From Candidatus Yanofskybacteria bacterium RIFCSPHIGHO2_01_FULL_43_32 (GTDB lineage: Bacteria > Patescibacteriota > Minisyncoccia > 2-02-FULL-40-12 > GWA2-44-9), in assembly GCA_001794125.1 (NCBI GenBank), contig MGJF01000001.1, forward strand, positions 1 through 54,022: 54,022 nucleotides of DNA. The letters run 5' to 3'. The notes beneath the pieces were generated by a model. It was not told where the DNA came from, searched no databases, and saw nothing but the letters and a program-made list of their open reading frames with translations. This document shows positions 9,333-19,300 of the stretch, one piece after another (within the stretch, counting starts at the first letter, position 1; each line of letters starts with the position of its first letter). Position numbers and translations under genes: made by a program.

Positions 9333-10835
9333 TTACAATTCAAACAAGTGGAGATGACGCGCCCAACTGATTGGAGGGCATTTCTCTCCCAGCTCATTAT
9401 GCAGGGCTGATTCCAATCCGTGGAACCCCTCTTCCGTGCAGTGTTTTACGAACACTACGTCAGGGTTGAGGCTGGTTGCAAGTGTTACCAATTCCCTGCA
9501 ATAGGGGTGGGCCGAGTAATCAAAATGGTATCCGCCGCACCTGACGTTGACCACCTTTTTTTCTAAACGAAAGTTTCTGTCCATCCTGTTCAGCACAATC
9601 GTGTGACCCGGTCCGAGGGGTTTGTTTTTTATCTCAAAAAATTCCTTCATGGCCGAACCGTCAAACCGGTGGCCGGTCGAGATCAGCGCATTCTCCGGAA
9701 CCGGCAGCATCTGGATTGCGAAATCAACTCCGGCTCCCTGATCCAGCGTTGCCGACGAGGTAACAATGGGCCGGAACCCATATTCGCCATGAGCGGCGGC
9801 GCGAAGCTGTTCTTCGTAATCTTTGCCGTTCTGGATAAGCATGACTGTTCCGTCGGCCAGCCATTTATCAAGAAGTGCCGGTTCAATCTCGGCCTTAATC
9901 GTCTTCCTCACTCCTCCGGCTACGAAAACCTTGAAGCCGAGCCGGACAAGTTTCATAACGATATTGGGTCCGCGATTGACCATAAATACGGGGAAGAGGG
10001 CGTTGCCGCCCCGGCGTTCGGTCTCATCCAGAACAGCCTTTAACCGGGTGTCCATTTCCTCTTGGCTTTCTTCCCGGTCGCGGTTGCCGTTCGTGGCTTC
10101 CGTGATGAGAATGATACGCCGGCACTCTCTGAAATTGCCCATTTCCAGGAAATTTTCACGGAGCGTCGGTACGCCTTCGGTAGTTTCCTGGTCATGACCG
10201 CAAAAGTCGCCGGTAGCGACTATCCCGTCGCCGTCGGGAGTTTTGATAAATGAAATGAATGAGCCCGGAGTGTGGCCCGAGAACGTAAAACCGAAATCCC
10301 AGTCCGGCCAATCTTCAAAAGAAAACCACTCGTCTTCTTCGTCTGTGTTCACAATCTCATAGAAACCGCCTTCGGCCCGGGCTAAGAATGTGTCAACGTA
10401 TTCCTCGCTGAACATGGCCGCCGGCGCCGGCAATCCGGAAAAATAAGCTTTCTTGGCTTCCTTTTTTTGGATAGTCAACGAGTCAGCCAAAACGATTTTC
10501 AGCTCTTCTAACGTCTTCCTCGAAAAGATGACCCGTGACTCGTCGTGAGCCAGAATAGTGGGGACGATCAGTCCCGTATGATCCGCATGGACATGCGTGA
10601 AAATCATGAGGTCAATATGAATGTCTTTGAGGTCGGCGCCGACCGGATAAGTTGTAAGTTTTTCCGCCCCGGCTCCTTCAAAAGCGAGGCCCCGGTCTAC
10701 CAGAATCGTTTTTCCGCATTTTCGGATAATGAGACTACTGGACCCGATGCCCTTCTGTTCGCCCAACTCCACAATGAAATCACAATCCGCGGCCAGATAA
10801 TCGGCCAATTCATCAAAACGGATTACCACCTGCAT
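9333..10835 (-). CDS. MBL-fold beta-CASP metallo-hydrolase (RNA-processing nuclease family), divergent
   Basis: THVHADHTG, SGHTPG, TGDF, EATNG, PVF, YSAH motifs. Start placed at ATG 10835 with aaggaagggg upstream; the ORF extends to 10925. Confidence 0.85.
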   Translation of the reverse strand: MQVVIRFDELADYLAADCDFIVELGEQKGIGSSSLIIRKCGKTILVDRGLAFEGAGAEKLTTYPVGADLKDIHIDLMIFTHVHADHTGLIVPTILAHDESRVIFSRKTLEELKIVLADSLTIQKKEAKKAYFSGLPAPAAMFSEEYVDTFLARAEGGFYEIVNTDEEDEWFSFEDWPDWDFGFTFSGHTPGSFISFIKTPDGDGIVATGDFCGHDQETTEGVPTLRENFLEMGNFRECRRIILITEATNGNRDREESQEEMDTRLKAVLDETERRGGNALFPVFMVNRGPNIVMKLVRLGFKVFVAGGVRKTIKAEIEPALLDKWLADGTVMLIQNGKDYEEQLRAAAHGEYGFRPIVTSSATLDQGAGVDFAIQMLPVPENALISTGHRFDGSAMKEFFEIKNKPLGPGHTIVLNRMDRNFRLEKKVVNVRCGGYHFDYSAHPYCRELVTLATSLNPDVVFVKHCTEEGFHGLESALHNELGEKCPPISWARHLHLFEL

Positions 10836-11140
10836 GACTCTTACCCCTTCCTTTCTTCGTCGTTTGTTAAATTGTTGAAGAACTCGCCCAGCACCACTTT
10901 CTATTCTAAGTTCATTATTCGTCATCAGGGGTCTGGCTGTTTCCCTGGTGATATCTTAGAAATTAAGATGGAAAGTGGTGCGGGGTGAATTCTCCACGAA
11001 CTTGGCACTGGCCATATGATACACCAAAACCCTGTTTAAGTCAATGTTTTGCTCGGATGATTTTTCGCTCCGCGGTGGCGAAACAGAGAAGGCGGGATGG
11101 GGCGTGAACTTGCTATTTTTAGGTAACAAAAAACACCCCG

Positions 11141-11174
11141 GGGGAGGAAAGAGACATGCGTCTCTTTCCTCCCC
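11141..11174 (-). terminator. Hairpin terminator of the GC-rich gene
   Basis: ggggaggaaagagac-atgc-gtctctttcctcccc, with a T-tract nearby on the minus strand. Confidence 0.65.
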
Positions 11175-11200
11175 AAGGATGTGTGTGCGCCGACGATTAC

Positions 11201-12052
11201 TTACTCGTCGGTCTGGGCCCACCGCTGCTTGCGGCTCTGGCCCCGCGGGGTCTTCGGGGTGAACTGCGTACCCCGATCGAACCCGTCGTGACGGACGGCG
11301 TCGCCGACCTTGAAGCCGAGCCGCGACTTCATGGCCGCTTCCTGGTTCGTGCGCTCGTCGCGCTTGGCCAGGATGCTGGCTTTCACGCCCGCGGCACGGG
11401 CGTTGGCCTGGTCGAACGACTGGCTGGGCAGAAGCGCGGGCTTCGACCGCTGGTTGCCCCGCGAGTCCGTGTACTGCTCGTACACGACCTCGCCATTCCG
11501 GTCGCGCTTCAGACGCAGCCGGAACAGGCACTCGCCGGAATGGGCGCCGTGAACCGTGAGGTTCAGAGCGTCGGGTCCCACGGCCACGAACTGGCCGCGG
11601 TACACGATGTTGCCGCTCTGCTTGTCCCGCATGAGGTCGCCAGTTTCCCGGTCGACCAACGCGGTCCGGACGAAGCCCGTCACGAGCTCCGAGCAGATGG
11701 GGCAGTTCACCCCGTCCATCGGCGCCGTTTCGTCGGCGCCGTGGATTGCTTCCAGTTCCGCCGGACCCATCGGGGTGCCGCGGAACTGCGCGTGCCGCTG
11801 AAGTTCCTCGTAGCGGAGCGCGTAGCGGTCTTTCTTCCCGTAGAGTCCGGCCCGCTTCAGGCCGTACGGGTCCCGGTTCAGCCAGTCCGCCCCTTCGGGG
11901 GTGACCGTCTTGACCTTCGGCGGTGCGGATTCCGCCGCGACCGCCGCGTCCTTGTCGGACGAACCGGACAGCTCCGGAAGAACCGACGGGGTCTCCGCCG
12001 CCATCGCCGCGATATCCCTGTCCGTGACCGAGCGAATCTTCTGTCTCGCCAT
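11201..12052 (-). CDS. GC-rich hypothetical protein (CPIC and HxxxC motifs)
   Basis: 283 aa; SD aaaggag; mostly G/C-ending codons in this frame; terminator downstream. Confidence 0.75.
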   Translation of the reverse strand: MARQKIRSVTDRDIAAMAAETPSVLPELSGSSDKDAAVAAESAPPKVKTVTPEGADWLNRDPYGLKRAGLYGKKDRYALRYEELQRHAQFRGTPMGPAELEAIHGADETAPMDGVNCPICSELVTGFVRTALVDRETGDLMRDKQSGNIVYRGQFVAVGPDALNLTVHGAHSGECLFRLRLKRDRNGEVVYEQYTDSRGNQRSKPALLPSQSFDQANARAAGVKASILAKRDERTNQEAAMKSRLGFKVGDAVRHDGFDRGTQFTPKTPRGQSRKQRWAQTDE

Positions 12053-12265
12053 GGCAACACTCCTTTGGCCAGTTCACTGGCCGAGAGCTCTTCCGGGGTG
12101 AATCCCCATTACATTCCGCGAAAGCGCGGTCAGTTAGGAAAGAGCGTTTTGAGGGCCAATTTGTTTGTGTTGATCAGCCCGCTAAATGCTCTTTCCTAAA
12201 TAAGTTATTAAAGTAACTAAATCTTTACTATATTCTCATTATACTCCTTTCGGATAAAAAGTCAA

Positions 12266-12567
12266 CCCCTCACCTTTTGAGCATCAGAAGGCTATTTTTA
12301 ATTCTTCCTTTTAATTGGCCATAGGCCTTACCGAATACTTTTAGATTTGTTTCTCTTTTTAGTGCATCTTCTTTTGAAAAATAGCCTTCAAAATACACAC
12401 AAACCCATGGCATGTATCTTTTTGTTGATATGTTATCGCCAGTATTGTGTTCTTCTATCCTCCTAATAATATTTGTCGTAATGCCAATATACAAAGAATC
12501 ATTCTTTTTACTTTTTAGGACGTAAACATAATGCATGGGATAATCTTAATGCTCGAAAGGTGAGGGG
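12266..12567 (-). mobile_element. GIY-YIG mini-element with 19-bp TIRs and TCAA direct repeats
   Basis: cccctcaccttttgagcat 12266-12284 / atgctcgaaaggtgagggg 12549-12567 (1 mismatch); tcaa at 12262-12265 and 12568-12571. Confidence 0.7.
12270..12536 (-). CDS. GIY-YIG nuclease (small standalone type)
   Basis: YVYVLKS, LYIGIT, RRIEEHN, STKRY, ALKRETNLK. Confidence 0.92.
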   Translation of the reverse strand: MHYVYVLKSKKNDSLYIGITTNIIRRIEEHNTGDNISTKRYMPWVCVYFEGYFSKEDALKRETNLKVFGKAYGQLKGRIKNSLLMLKR

Positions 12568-12595
12568 TCAAGGCCATTTTTTAATTATAAAAAAT

Positions 12596-12616
12596 GCCCG
12601 CACTTTTCGTGCGGGC
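12596..12616 (-). terminator. Intrinsic terminator
   Basis: gcccgcac-ttttc-gtgcgggc followed by a T-run on the minus strand. Confidence 0.6.
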
Positions 12617-12641
12617 CGGGGAGATTAATCCCCTTGAAAAT

Positions 12642-13289
12642 CTACGCAACCGGAGCAGAAGCCATTTCCGGAATCGGCGCCGGCGCGGAAAGGACGATTC
12701 CGGCATCGTCTGTCAGGTTAAGCTTCGAAGCTCGTGTAGACAGAAGGACTTTCGGTCCGATGCCGCGGTTGTTTTCGTCACGGCCGCCGCTGAAGACCCA
12801 GTCATTTGGAATACGGCCGGCACAGCCGAGCATCAGAACCCGGTGGCCGGTAGCGGCGCCGTCTTTTTCAAGGTAAGGGTTTAGATGCCCTTGAGTTGCC
12901 CAAAGGTTGTTGCTGGTCATTTCAACAAAAATTCTTTCCAATCCTTTCTTTTGGGCGACGAAGTCAGGGAAAAGCTCATCTTTCTTTACGTATTCATTGC
13001 GACAGAATACGAATCGGACGAAGGACATTCCCCAGTTTCTTTCATGCGGTTTTTGCCACACGTCTACGAGCTCGTAATCACCGCTGAAAGTGAAAGCAAC
13101 TTTGTTTGCCAGAGCGGCGAGATCCACTTTTGGTGTGGATTCAAGAACTTCCACGCCGGGTACCGGCGGCAAAGGAGGTTCATCAGAAGCGCGTTTGTGT
13201 GGAATTTCTGTCGGAACAAGGTTGTTCCGCATCAAAAACTGAAACACGACGAGCCGAACTGACAGACCGAGCGTTGCGATTGTCTTCAC
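12642..13289 (-). CDS. Hypothetical protein
   Basis: 215 aa; GTG start with aaggag SD; terminator downstream. Confidence 0.7.
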   Translation of the reverse strand: MKTIATLGLSVRLVVFQFLMRNNLVPTEIPHKRASDEPPLPPVPGVEVLESTPKVDLAALANKVAFTFSGDYELVDVWQKPHERNWGMSFVRFVFCRNEYVKKDELFPDFVAQKKGLERIFVEMTSNNLWATQGHLNPYLEKDGAATGHRVLMLGCAGRIPNDWVFSGGRDENNRGIGPKVLLSTRASKLNLTDDAGIVLSAPAPIPEMASAPVA

Positions 13290-13443
13290 TCACCGCTCCT
13301 TTTTGATTGGAAACGAACGTGGCAATATTATATCACGCAAGTTATATTATTGCAAGAGTCGCTTCCACCTTCCCATTTACGACCTATTGCCTGCGCCTTC
13401 GGTCTCAAATGGGAAGGGATTTCGCTTGATTTAAAAACTGCGA

Positions 13444-13565
13444 AGGCCACATGCCTTCAGAGAACGACCCGCAGGCGCTTGGGCTTGGTTCTGCCAAGCG
13501 CCGAGGGAGAAGAAAGATTTGCCGCTGGAGCAAATCTATTCTGGTTCGATGAAGGCATGTGGCCT
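13444..13565. repeat. MITE-like structured repeat, family A copy 1
   Basis: Perfect 16-bp TIR aggccacatgccttca; inner hairpins around ggcttggttctg and ccgctggagc; homologous to 36815-36933. Confidence 0.8.
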
Positions 13566-13576
13566 GGAGGGGTGGG

Positions 13577-13732
13577 CTAACTTATTTCTTTTATCCCTTC
13601 TTTGATTTCTTTTTGAGAGCGTCTTCTAATTTTTGCCCTTGAGACGGGCTTAACTTTGCTTTCATGGACCTGCGAAGGTGGAACGGGGATATGCCTTATT
13701 TTAGGAAACGGGGGTTTCTTCTGGTTTCTCAT
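13577..13732 (-). CDS. Small basic protein (51 aa), absent from the ORF track
   Basis: MRNQKKPPFPKIRHIPVPPSQVHESKVKPVSRAKIRRRSQKEIKEGIKEIS; overlaps the end of rpsA. Confidence 0.45.
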   Translation of the reverse strand: MRNQKKPPFPKIRHIPVPPSQVHESKVKPVSRAKIRRRSQKEIKEGIKEIS

Positions 13733-14843
13733 TAGTTTCTTCCGCGGGTTTATTTCCGGGAAGCGTTAACACCAACTTATGTTCTTTTGAATCTAAACTG
13801 ACGATTGCGAATTCATATTCTTTATTTACTTCAAAAACGTCGCTTAAATTTTTTTCTCCCAATTCCGCCACCGGCAGAAATGCGATTATATCTCCAGGTA
13901 ACTCTACAAAAGCGCCGTTGTTCCGGATCTTAATGACTCGGCCGTTAACTTTTTGGCCGGGTTGGTATTTTTCTTCCGCTTTGAGCCAGGGATCGTCTTT
14001 GAGGGCTTTTAAGGAAAGAGAGACCCGTCCGCCGTCCAGACTGATTATTTTTGCGGTTATGTCATCGCCCGAATGAAGGACCTCTCTCGGGTCTTCAATA
14101 AATTTCCAGTCGATTTCGGATGAGTGTATCAAACCGTCCAAAGTGTCGCTTAATTTGACGAAAGCTCCGAAATCGGTGACTTCGGTTATCTTGCCTTCAA
14201 TTAAATCGCCGACTTTTAATTTTGCTAATTCTTCTTTGACGGCCTCTTCTTTTATCGCTTTTTCGGAAACGATTAATTTATTTTCCGCTTCATTAAAATC
14301 AAGAATTTTTACTTGGAATTCCATTCCCTTGAATTTTTGCAGGGCCTGAACGATCTTGGTGGTGTCGCCTCCGTCTATCTTGGGATAATGTTCGGATGAT
14401 AGTTGCGAGAGGGGAAGGAAGCCCTGGATACCGCTGACCTCAACGATAAGGCCGCCTTTGTTGATGTTAACGATCTTGGTTGTTATTACTTCGCCCAAAT
14501 CTTTCTTCTCTTTGATATCCTGCCAGGCGGTAGTCATCTGAGCTGACCGCAAAGACAGTTCCCGGTAGCCGTCGTCGTTCTCAAGCTCAATTAACATTGC
14601 CGAGACTTTGTCTCCGGCTTTTAATCCCTTCATTCTGTCGGGGTTATCGTAAAATTCACCGGGATAAATGATCCCGATTCCTATCGGACCTAAGTCCAAA
14701 ACCACGCTTCCCTTTGAAACGCTGATTATCTGACCGTTCACTATATTACCCGGCTTAGGCAAGAAAAACTCCTCCTTGGAAAGGAGGTCCTTCATTGATT
14801 TGATTTCCGAATTATTGATTTGCATTACTATATTATTGAGCAT
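13701..14843 (-). CDS. rpsA: 30S ribosomal protein S1 (4 S1 domains)
   Basis: Repeated S1 motifs NKGGLIV, TDFGAFV, GLIHSSEIDW, VSLSLK. Confidence 0.9.
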   Translation of the reverse strand: MLNNIVMQINNSEIKSMKDLLSKEEFFLPKPGNIVNGQIISVSKGSVVLDLGPIGIGIIYPGEFYDNPDRMKGLKAGDKVSAMLIELENDDGYRELSLRSAQMTTAWQDIKEKKDLGEVITTKIVNINKGGLIVEVSGIQGFLPLSQLSSEHYPKIDGGDTTKIVQALQKFKGMEFQVKILDFNEAENKLIVSEKAIKEEAVKEELAKLKVGDLIEGKITEVTDFGAFVKLSDTLDGLIHSSEIDWKFIEDPREVLHSGDDITAKIISLDGGRVSLSLKALKDDPWLKAEEKYQPGQKVNGRVIKIRNNGAFVELPGDIIAFLPVAELGEKNLSDVFEVNKEYEFAIVSLDSKEHKLVLTLPGNKPAEETNEKPEETPVS

Positions 14844-14959
14844 TCGTTCGTAGCAATGGCCCTTGAACCAAGACCATCTGGCGAATCCCCAAAATTAAAG
14901 ATTTCTTTTGTAGTAGGACTATATATTATTTATCCAAATTTTGCAACCTCTTGCACCTG

Positions 14960-14991
14960 AATCAACGGCTCACATGTGTGAGCCGTTGATT
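14960..14991. repeat. REP-like palindrome, family B copy 1
   Basis: aatcaacggctcaca-tg-tgtgagccgttgatt; recurs at 26532 and 35834. Confidence 0.8.
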
Positions 14992-15046
14992 ATTAAGCGC
15001 AGCCCTATTATTTTTCTGTCATTTGACGAGTCAAAATATTTTTAGA

Positions 15047-15183
15047 GCCCCCAGCCACATACCCACAGGGAGAACTTGCGCAAACGTTTCGGCTTGGTTC
15101 TTCGAAACGTTGAGCATGTAGATAGCGCCGAGCCGCTGGAGCGAGGCGACTATCGGTCGAGTCGGGGGTATGTGGCTGGGGGC
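15047..15183. repeat. MITE-like structured repeat, family A copy 2 (divergent)
   Basis: Perfect 18-bp TIR gcccccagccacataccc; inner ggcttggttct and ccgctggagc motifs. Confidence 0.7.
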
Positions 15184-15229
15184 GATTATAAGTCTTGTTT
15201 TTTACGCAATTTTTTGTTAATATTTACGT

Positions 15230-15889
15230 ATGACGATTAACTGGTTCGGGCAGAGCTGTTTCAGAATAGAGACCAAAGAGGCCCATTCGACTGGCTCAGG
15301 GCAAGTCAGTATTTTGATAGACCCGTTTTCAAAGGATATCGGGTTGAAACCGCCCAAAATCAAAGACGATATTGTCATGGTAACTCACCAACATTTTGAC
15401 CATGACAGCCTTGAGGAGATGCCTCCCGAGTCATTTCTTATAGAAAACCCCGGCGAATACGAGAAAAAAGGAATCGCCATCAGGGGCATTTCTTCGTACC
15501 ATGACAAGGTTGAGGGTAAGGAGCGGGGACTCAATACTATATATATAATGAAAGCGGAGGAGATGACCATCTGCCATTTGGGAGACTTAGGCCAGGAGAA
15601 ACTGACCGAGAATCAGGTGGATGAGATAGGGGATGTAGATATACTCTTGGTTCCTGTCGGCGGAAATTATACAATTAATGCTAAGGAAGCCGTCGGGGTC
15701 ATCGGCCAGATAGAACCGAAGATAATTATTCCGATGCATTATAAGATTAAGGATTTGAAGATTGAACTGGACGGTCCGGAAAAATTCGTGAAAGAACTGG
15801 GCCTGACGCCGGAAAAGGCAGATAAGTACAAAATATCAAAAAAACTTCTTCCGTTGGAAGAAATGAAGTTGGTAATGTTAGAAATTTAA
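15230..15889 (+). CDS. MBL-fold Zn-dependent hydrolase
   Basis: WFGQSCF, IDPF, THQHFDH, HLGDLG, PVGG, IPMHY. Confidence 0.9.
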   Translation: MTINWFGQSCFRIETKEAHSTGSGQVSILIDPFSKDIGLKPPKIKDDIVMVTHQHFDHDSLEEMPPESFLIENPGEYEKKGIAIRGISSYHDKVEGKERGLNTIYIMKAEEMTICHLGDLGQEKLTENQVDEIGDVDILLVPVGGNYTINAKEAVGVIGQIEPKIIIPMHYKIKDLKIELDGPEKFVKELGLTPEKADKYKISKKLLPLEEMKLVMLEI

Positions 15890-15890
15890 T

Positions 15891-16241
15891 ATGAGTTTTT
15901 TAGACGAAATCCGCAAACAACCCCAGCACCACCGAGAAATAATGTTCGGTCTTTGCGTTGTCACAGCTATTTCATTGGTGGGAATGGTCTGGTATAACTC
16001 GTTTGAGAAGAATTTGTACGTATTGTTGAACCCCGGAGAAAGCACAGACCAGAGATATTTAGCCGAAAACAAAACCGCGCCTTCGTTGCTGGGAGATATC
16101 GGCAAGACAGGACAGGATCTGAAGGCGGCGTTTTACAATATTTTCAGTTTGACCGGCAGTGACAAAAAGGACGTTATCGAAAATACGAAAGCCGGCGAAC
16201 CCGTAAGAGTGTATACACTGCCCTTATCGGAGACGAAGTAA
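15891..16241 (+). CDS. Hypothetical single-TM protein
   Basis: 116 aa with one N-terminal TM helix; abuts the MBL gene. Confidence 0.7.
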   Translation: MSFLDEIRKQPQHHREIMFGLCVVTAISLVGMVWYNSFEKNLYVLLNPGESTDQRYLAENKTAPSLLGDIGKTGQDLKAAFYNIFSLTGSDKKDVIENTKAGEPVRVYTLPLSETK

Positions 16242-16394
16242 ACCCCGCCCTTGAAAAGAATTATTATAACTTATGTTACGTTCTAAAATTTAATTATTAC
16301 GATTCTTTTTAAGAGCGGAGTAAATATTTTTCAAATGATTTAAAAATGTTTGGAGGGCGGATGTCTTCCAGACATTTTCTGTTTAATTGTACGT

Positions 16395-19300
16395 ATGGCG
16401 ACAGAAATAAAACAACGGGAAATAGTCCAGGAAATGCAGCAGGCCTATCTGGAATACGCGATGAGCGTTATTGTCGCGCGCGCTTTGCCTGATGTCAGAG
16501 ACGGATTAAAACCGGTTCACCGGAGGATTTTGTATTCCATGCATGAGATGGGATTGAGGCCGACCGCGAAAACCCAGAAATCAGCCAAGGTTGTCGGATA
16601 TGTTCTCGGTAATTATCACCCCCACGGCGACACGGCAGCCTATGATTCCATGGTTCGCATGGCCCAGGATTTTTCTCTGCGTTATCCGTTGGTGAACGGG
16701 CAGGGCAACTTTGGATGTTTTACCAAAGACACAAAGGTAAAACTTACGGACGGGAGAGACTTAAACTTTAGGGAACTCATAGAAGAACACAAACAGGGAA
16801 AGAAAAACTACACCTATACAGTTAATTCTTTAGAGCTAATTTCCATAGCGGAAATTAAAAACCCAAGATTGACCAGAAAAAACTCTGAAATAATAAAAGT
16901 GTTATTAGATAATGGAGAAGAAATTAAATGTACCCCAGATCATTTGTTTATGCTCAGGAACGGCTCATATAAGAAGGCCAAAGATTTACAACCCAAGGAA
17001 TCTTTAATGCCTAATTATCAGAAAATTTCTGAAAAAACAGACAGTTTAAATCGAGACGGCTATGCCTTGGTTTACCAGAATAAAAATGGCGAATGGATCC
17101 CAGTTCACCATTTGGCGGACAATTACAATCTTACCCGAGGTATTTATGCCAAGAGCGTCGGAAGGGTAAGGCACCACAAAGATTTTAATAAACTCAACAA
17201 TAACCCCGATAACATAACTCGTATGAGTTGGGGCGAGCATTGGAAAATTCATTATACCCAGGCCTCAAATCAGCATAAAAATCCTGAATATCGCAAGAAA
17301 ATAGCAGAAGGAAGGAATGGTTATTGGGCCAATCCTTTGAATAAAGCTAAAAAAGCCGAAGAAATTTCTGTTAGAAATATAGAAAATTGGAAAAACGACG
17401 CCTATAGAGAAAAAATGGTTAAATTTTTGAGCGATGTAAATAAAAAATATATTGAAGATCATCCGGAAAAAATAAAGGAGCTTAGCACAAGAGCCACGGA
17501 AACTCTTAAAAGATTGTGGCAGGACCCAAAATACAGAGTATTGTTTCACGAGAAAATTGTTAAAGGAAATAAGAATCACACAACAAATCGAACGGGAAAA
17601 TTGAAGTTTCTCAATATTTGCCGGGAAGTTTTAAATAGACAGATTAATTTAAGCGAGAAACATTATGAGCAATTAAGAAAAGAATTATATCCTTATGGCA
17701 AGGCCACACAATGGGAGACGGGCTTAAATAAATATTTTAATGGTGATTCTAATTTAGTTTTTCACGAAATAAATAAAAACCATAAAGTAGTAAGAGTAGA
17801 AGCTATATCACACAAAGAAGATGTATATGACCTTACAATAGAAGGAAGTCATAACTTTGCATTAGCGGCTGGTGTTTTTGTCCACAACTCAATCGACGGT
17901 GATTCCGCTGCGGCTTACAGATATACCGAAGCCCGTTTGGCTCCTATATCCGAACAGCTTCTTGCGGATATAGACAAGCAGACGGTTAATTTTACCGACA
18001 ATTTTGACGGCACAATGCAAGAGCCGACGGTTTTGCCGACTCGCGTTCCGAATTTGTTGATTAACGGCTCCATGGGTATCGCCGTGGGTATGGCGACCAA
18101 TATTCCCCCGCACAATCTAACCGAGGTCTTGGATGCAATGGCGTATCTTATAGACAACAAAGAAGCGGATTTAAAAGACCTTACCCAATTTATAAAAGGA
18201 CCGGATTTCCCGACCGGTGGAGTCATATACAACGAAAAAGACATTGTCAGCGCTTATGCCACTGGCCGCGGTCCCATAATAATGAGAGGCCAGGCCGATA
18301 TTACGGAAAACAAAAAGGGCTACCAAATAATTGTTTCCGAGATTCCTTATCAGGTGAATAAATCGGAACTGATAATAAAAATTGCCGATCTTGTGAAAGA
18401 AAAGAAAATAGAAGGCATCAAAGACATCCGCGATGAATCCGATAAAGACGGATTAAGAATCGCAATTGACTTGAAGCAGGATGCTTTTCCCAAGAAAGTA
18501 CTTAACCAGATTTTCAAATACACGGAGCTTCAAAAGGCCTTTCATTTCAATATGTTAGCTTTAGTTGACGGAGGCACTCAACCCCAGATTTTGGGCTTGA
18601 AGGGATTGCTCGAGAAATTCATTGACCATCGGCACGAAGTCGTGACTCGGCGGACAAAATTTGAACTTCAGAAAGCCAAAGACAGAGCCCACATTTTGGA
18701 AGGACTTAAGAAAGCCCTTGACCACATTGACGAGATAATCAAAATAATCAGGGCCTCCGATTCAAAAGAAGACGCTTTTAATAATCTGATAAAGAAATTT
18801 AAATTCTCCGACAAACAGGCAACGGCTATTTTGGATATGAGGCTTCAGGCATTGGCCGGTCTGGAAAGAAAAAAGATAAACGACGAATTAAAAGAAAAGA
18901 AAGACCTGATTGCGTATTTTGAGGATTTGCTGGCGAGTCCGAAGAAAGTTATGGGTGTAATCAAAGAAGAATTCAAAGAAATCAGGGAAAAATATGGAGA
19001 TGAAAGACGAACAAAAGTGGTTAAGTCGGCTTTAAGAGAAATAGGGGAAGATGAGTTGATGCCCGAAGAAGATTCGCTGTTCATGATTACTCACAGCGGA
19101 TATATAAAAAGAATGCAGCCTGAAGTATTAAAATCTCAAAAAAGAGGCGGTAAAGGATTAATCGGTATGGCAACCAAGGAAGAAGATGTTGTTTCCCAAT
19201 TTTTCATGGCCAATACCCACGACAGTTTACTGTTCTTCACTAATTCCGGAAAAGTATTCCAGACAAAAGGTTATGAGGTGCCGGAGTCGTCCCGCCAGTC

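Noticed and set aside
10956-12199. Long overlapping ORFs 10956-12077 (-) and 11156-12199 (+)
   Set aside because: Shadow frames caused by high GC; Arg/Pro/Gly-rich and without SD. Only 11201-12052 has an SD, a terminator and protein-like composition.
16350-16394. Upstream starts in the ORF track for gyrA, and similarly 10925, 20558, 25436, 25909, 38524, 39243 and 53020
   Set aside because: The extensions overlap promoters, repeats or neighbouring genes. Downstream starts fit conserved N-termini, SD sites or -10 spacing better.
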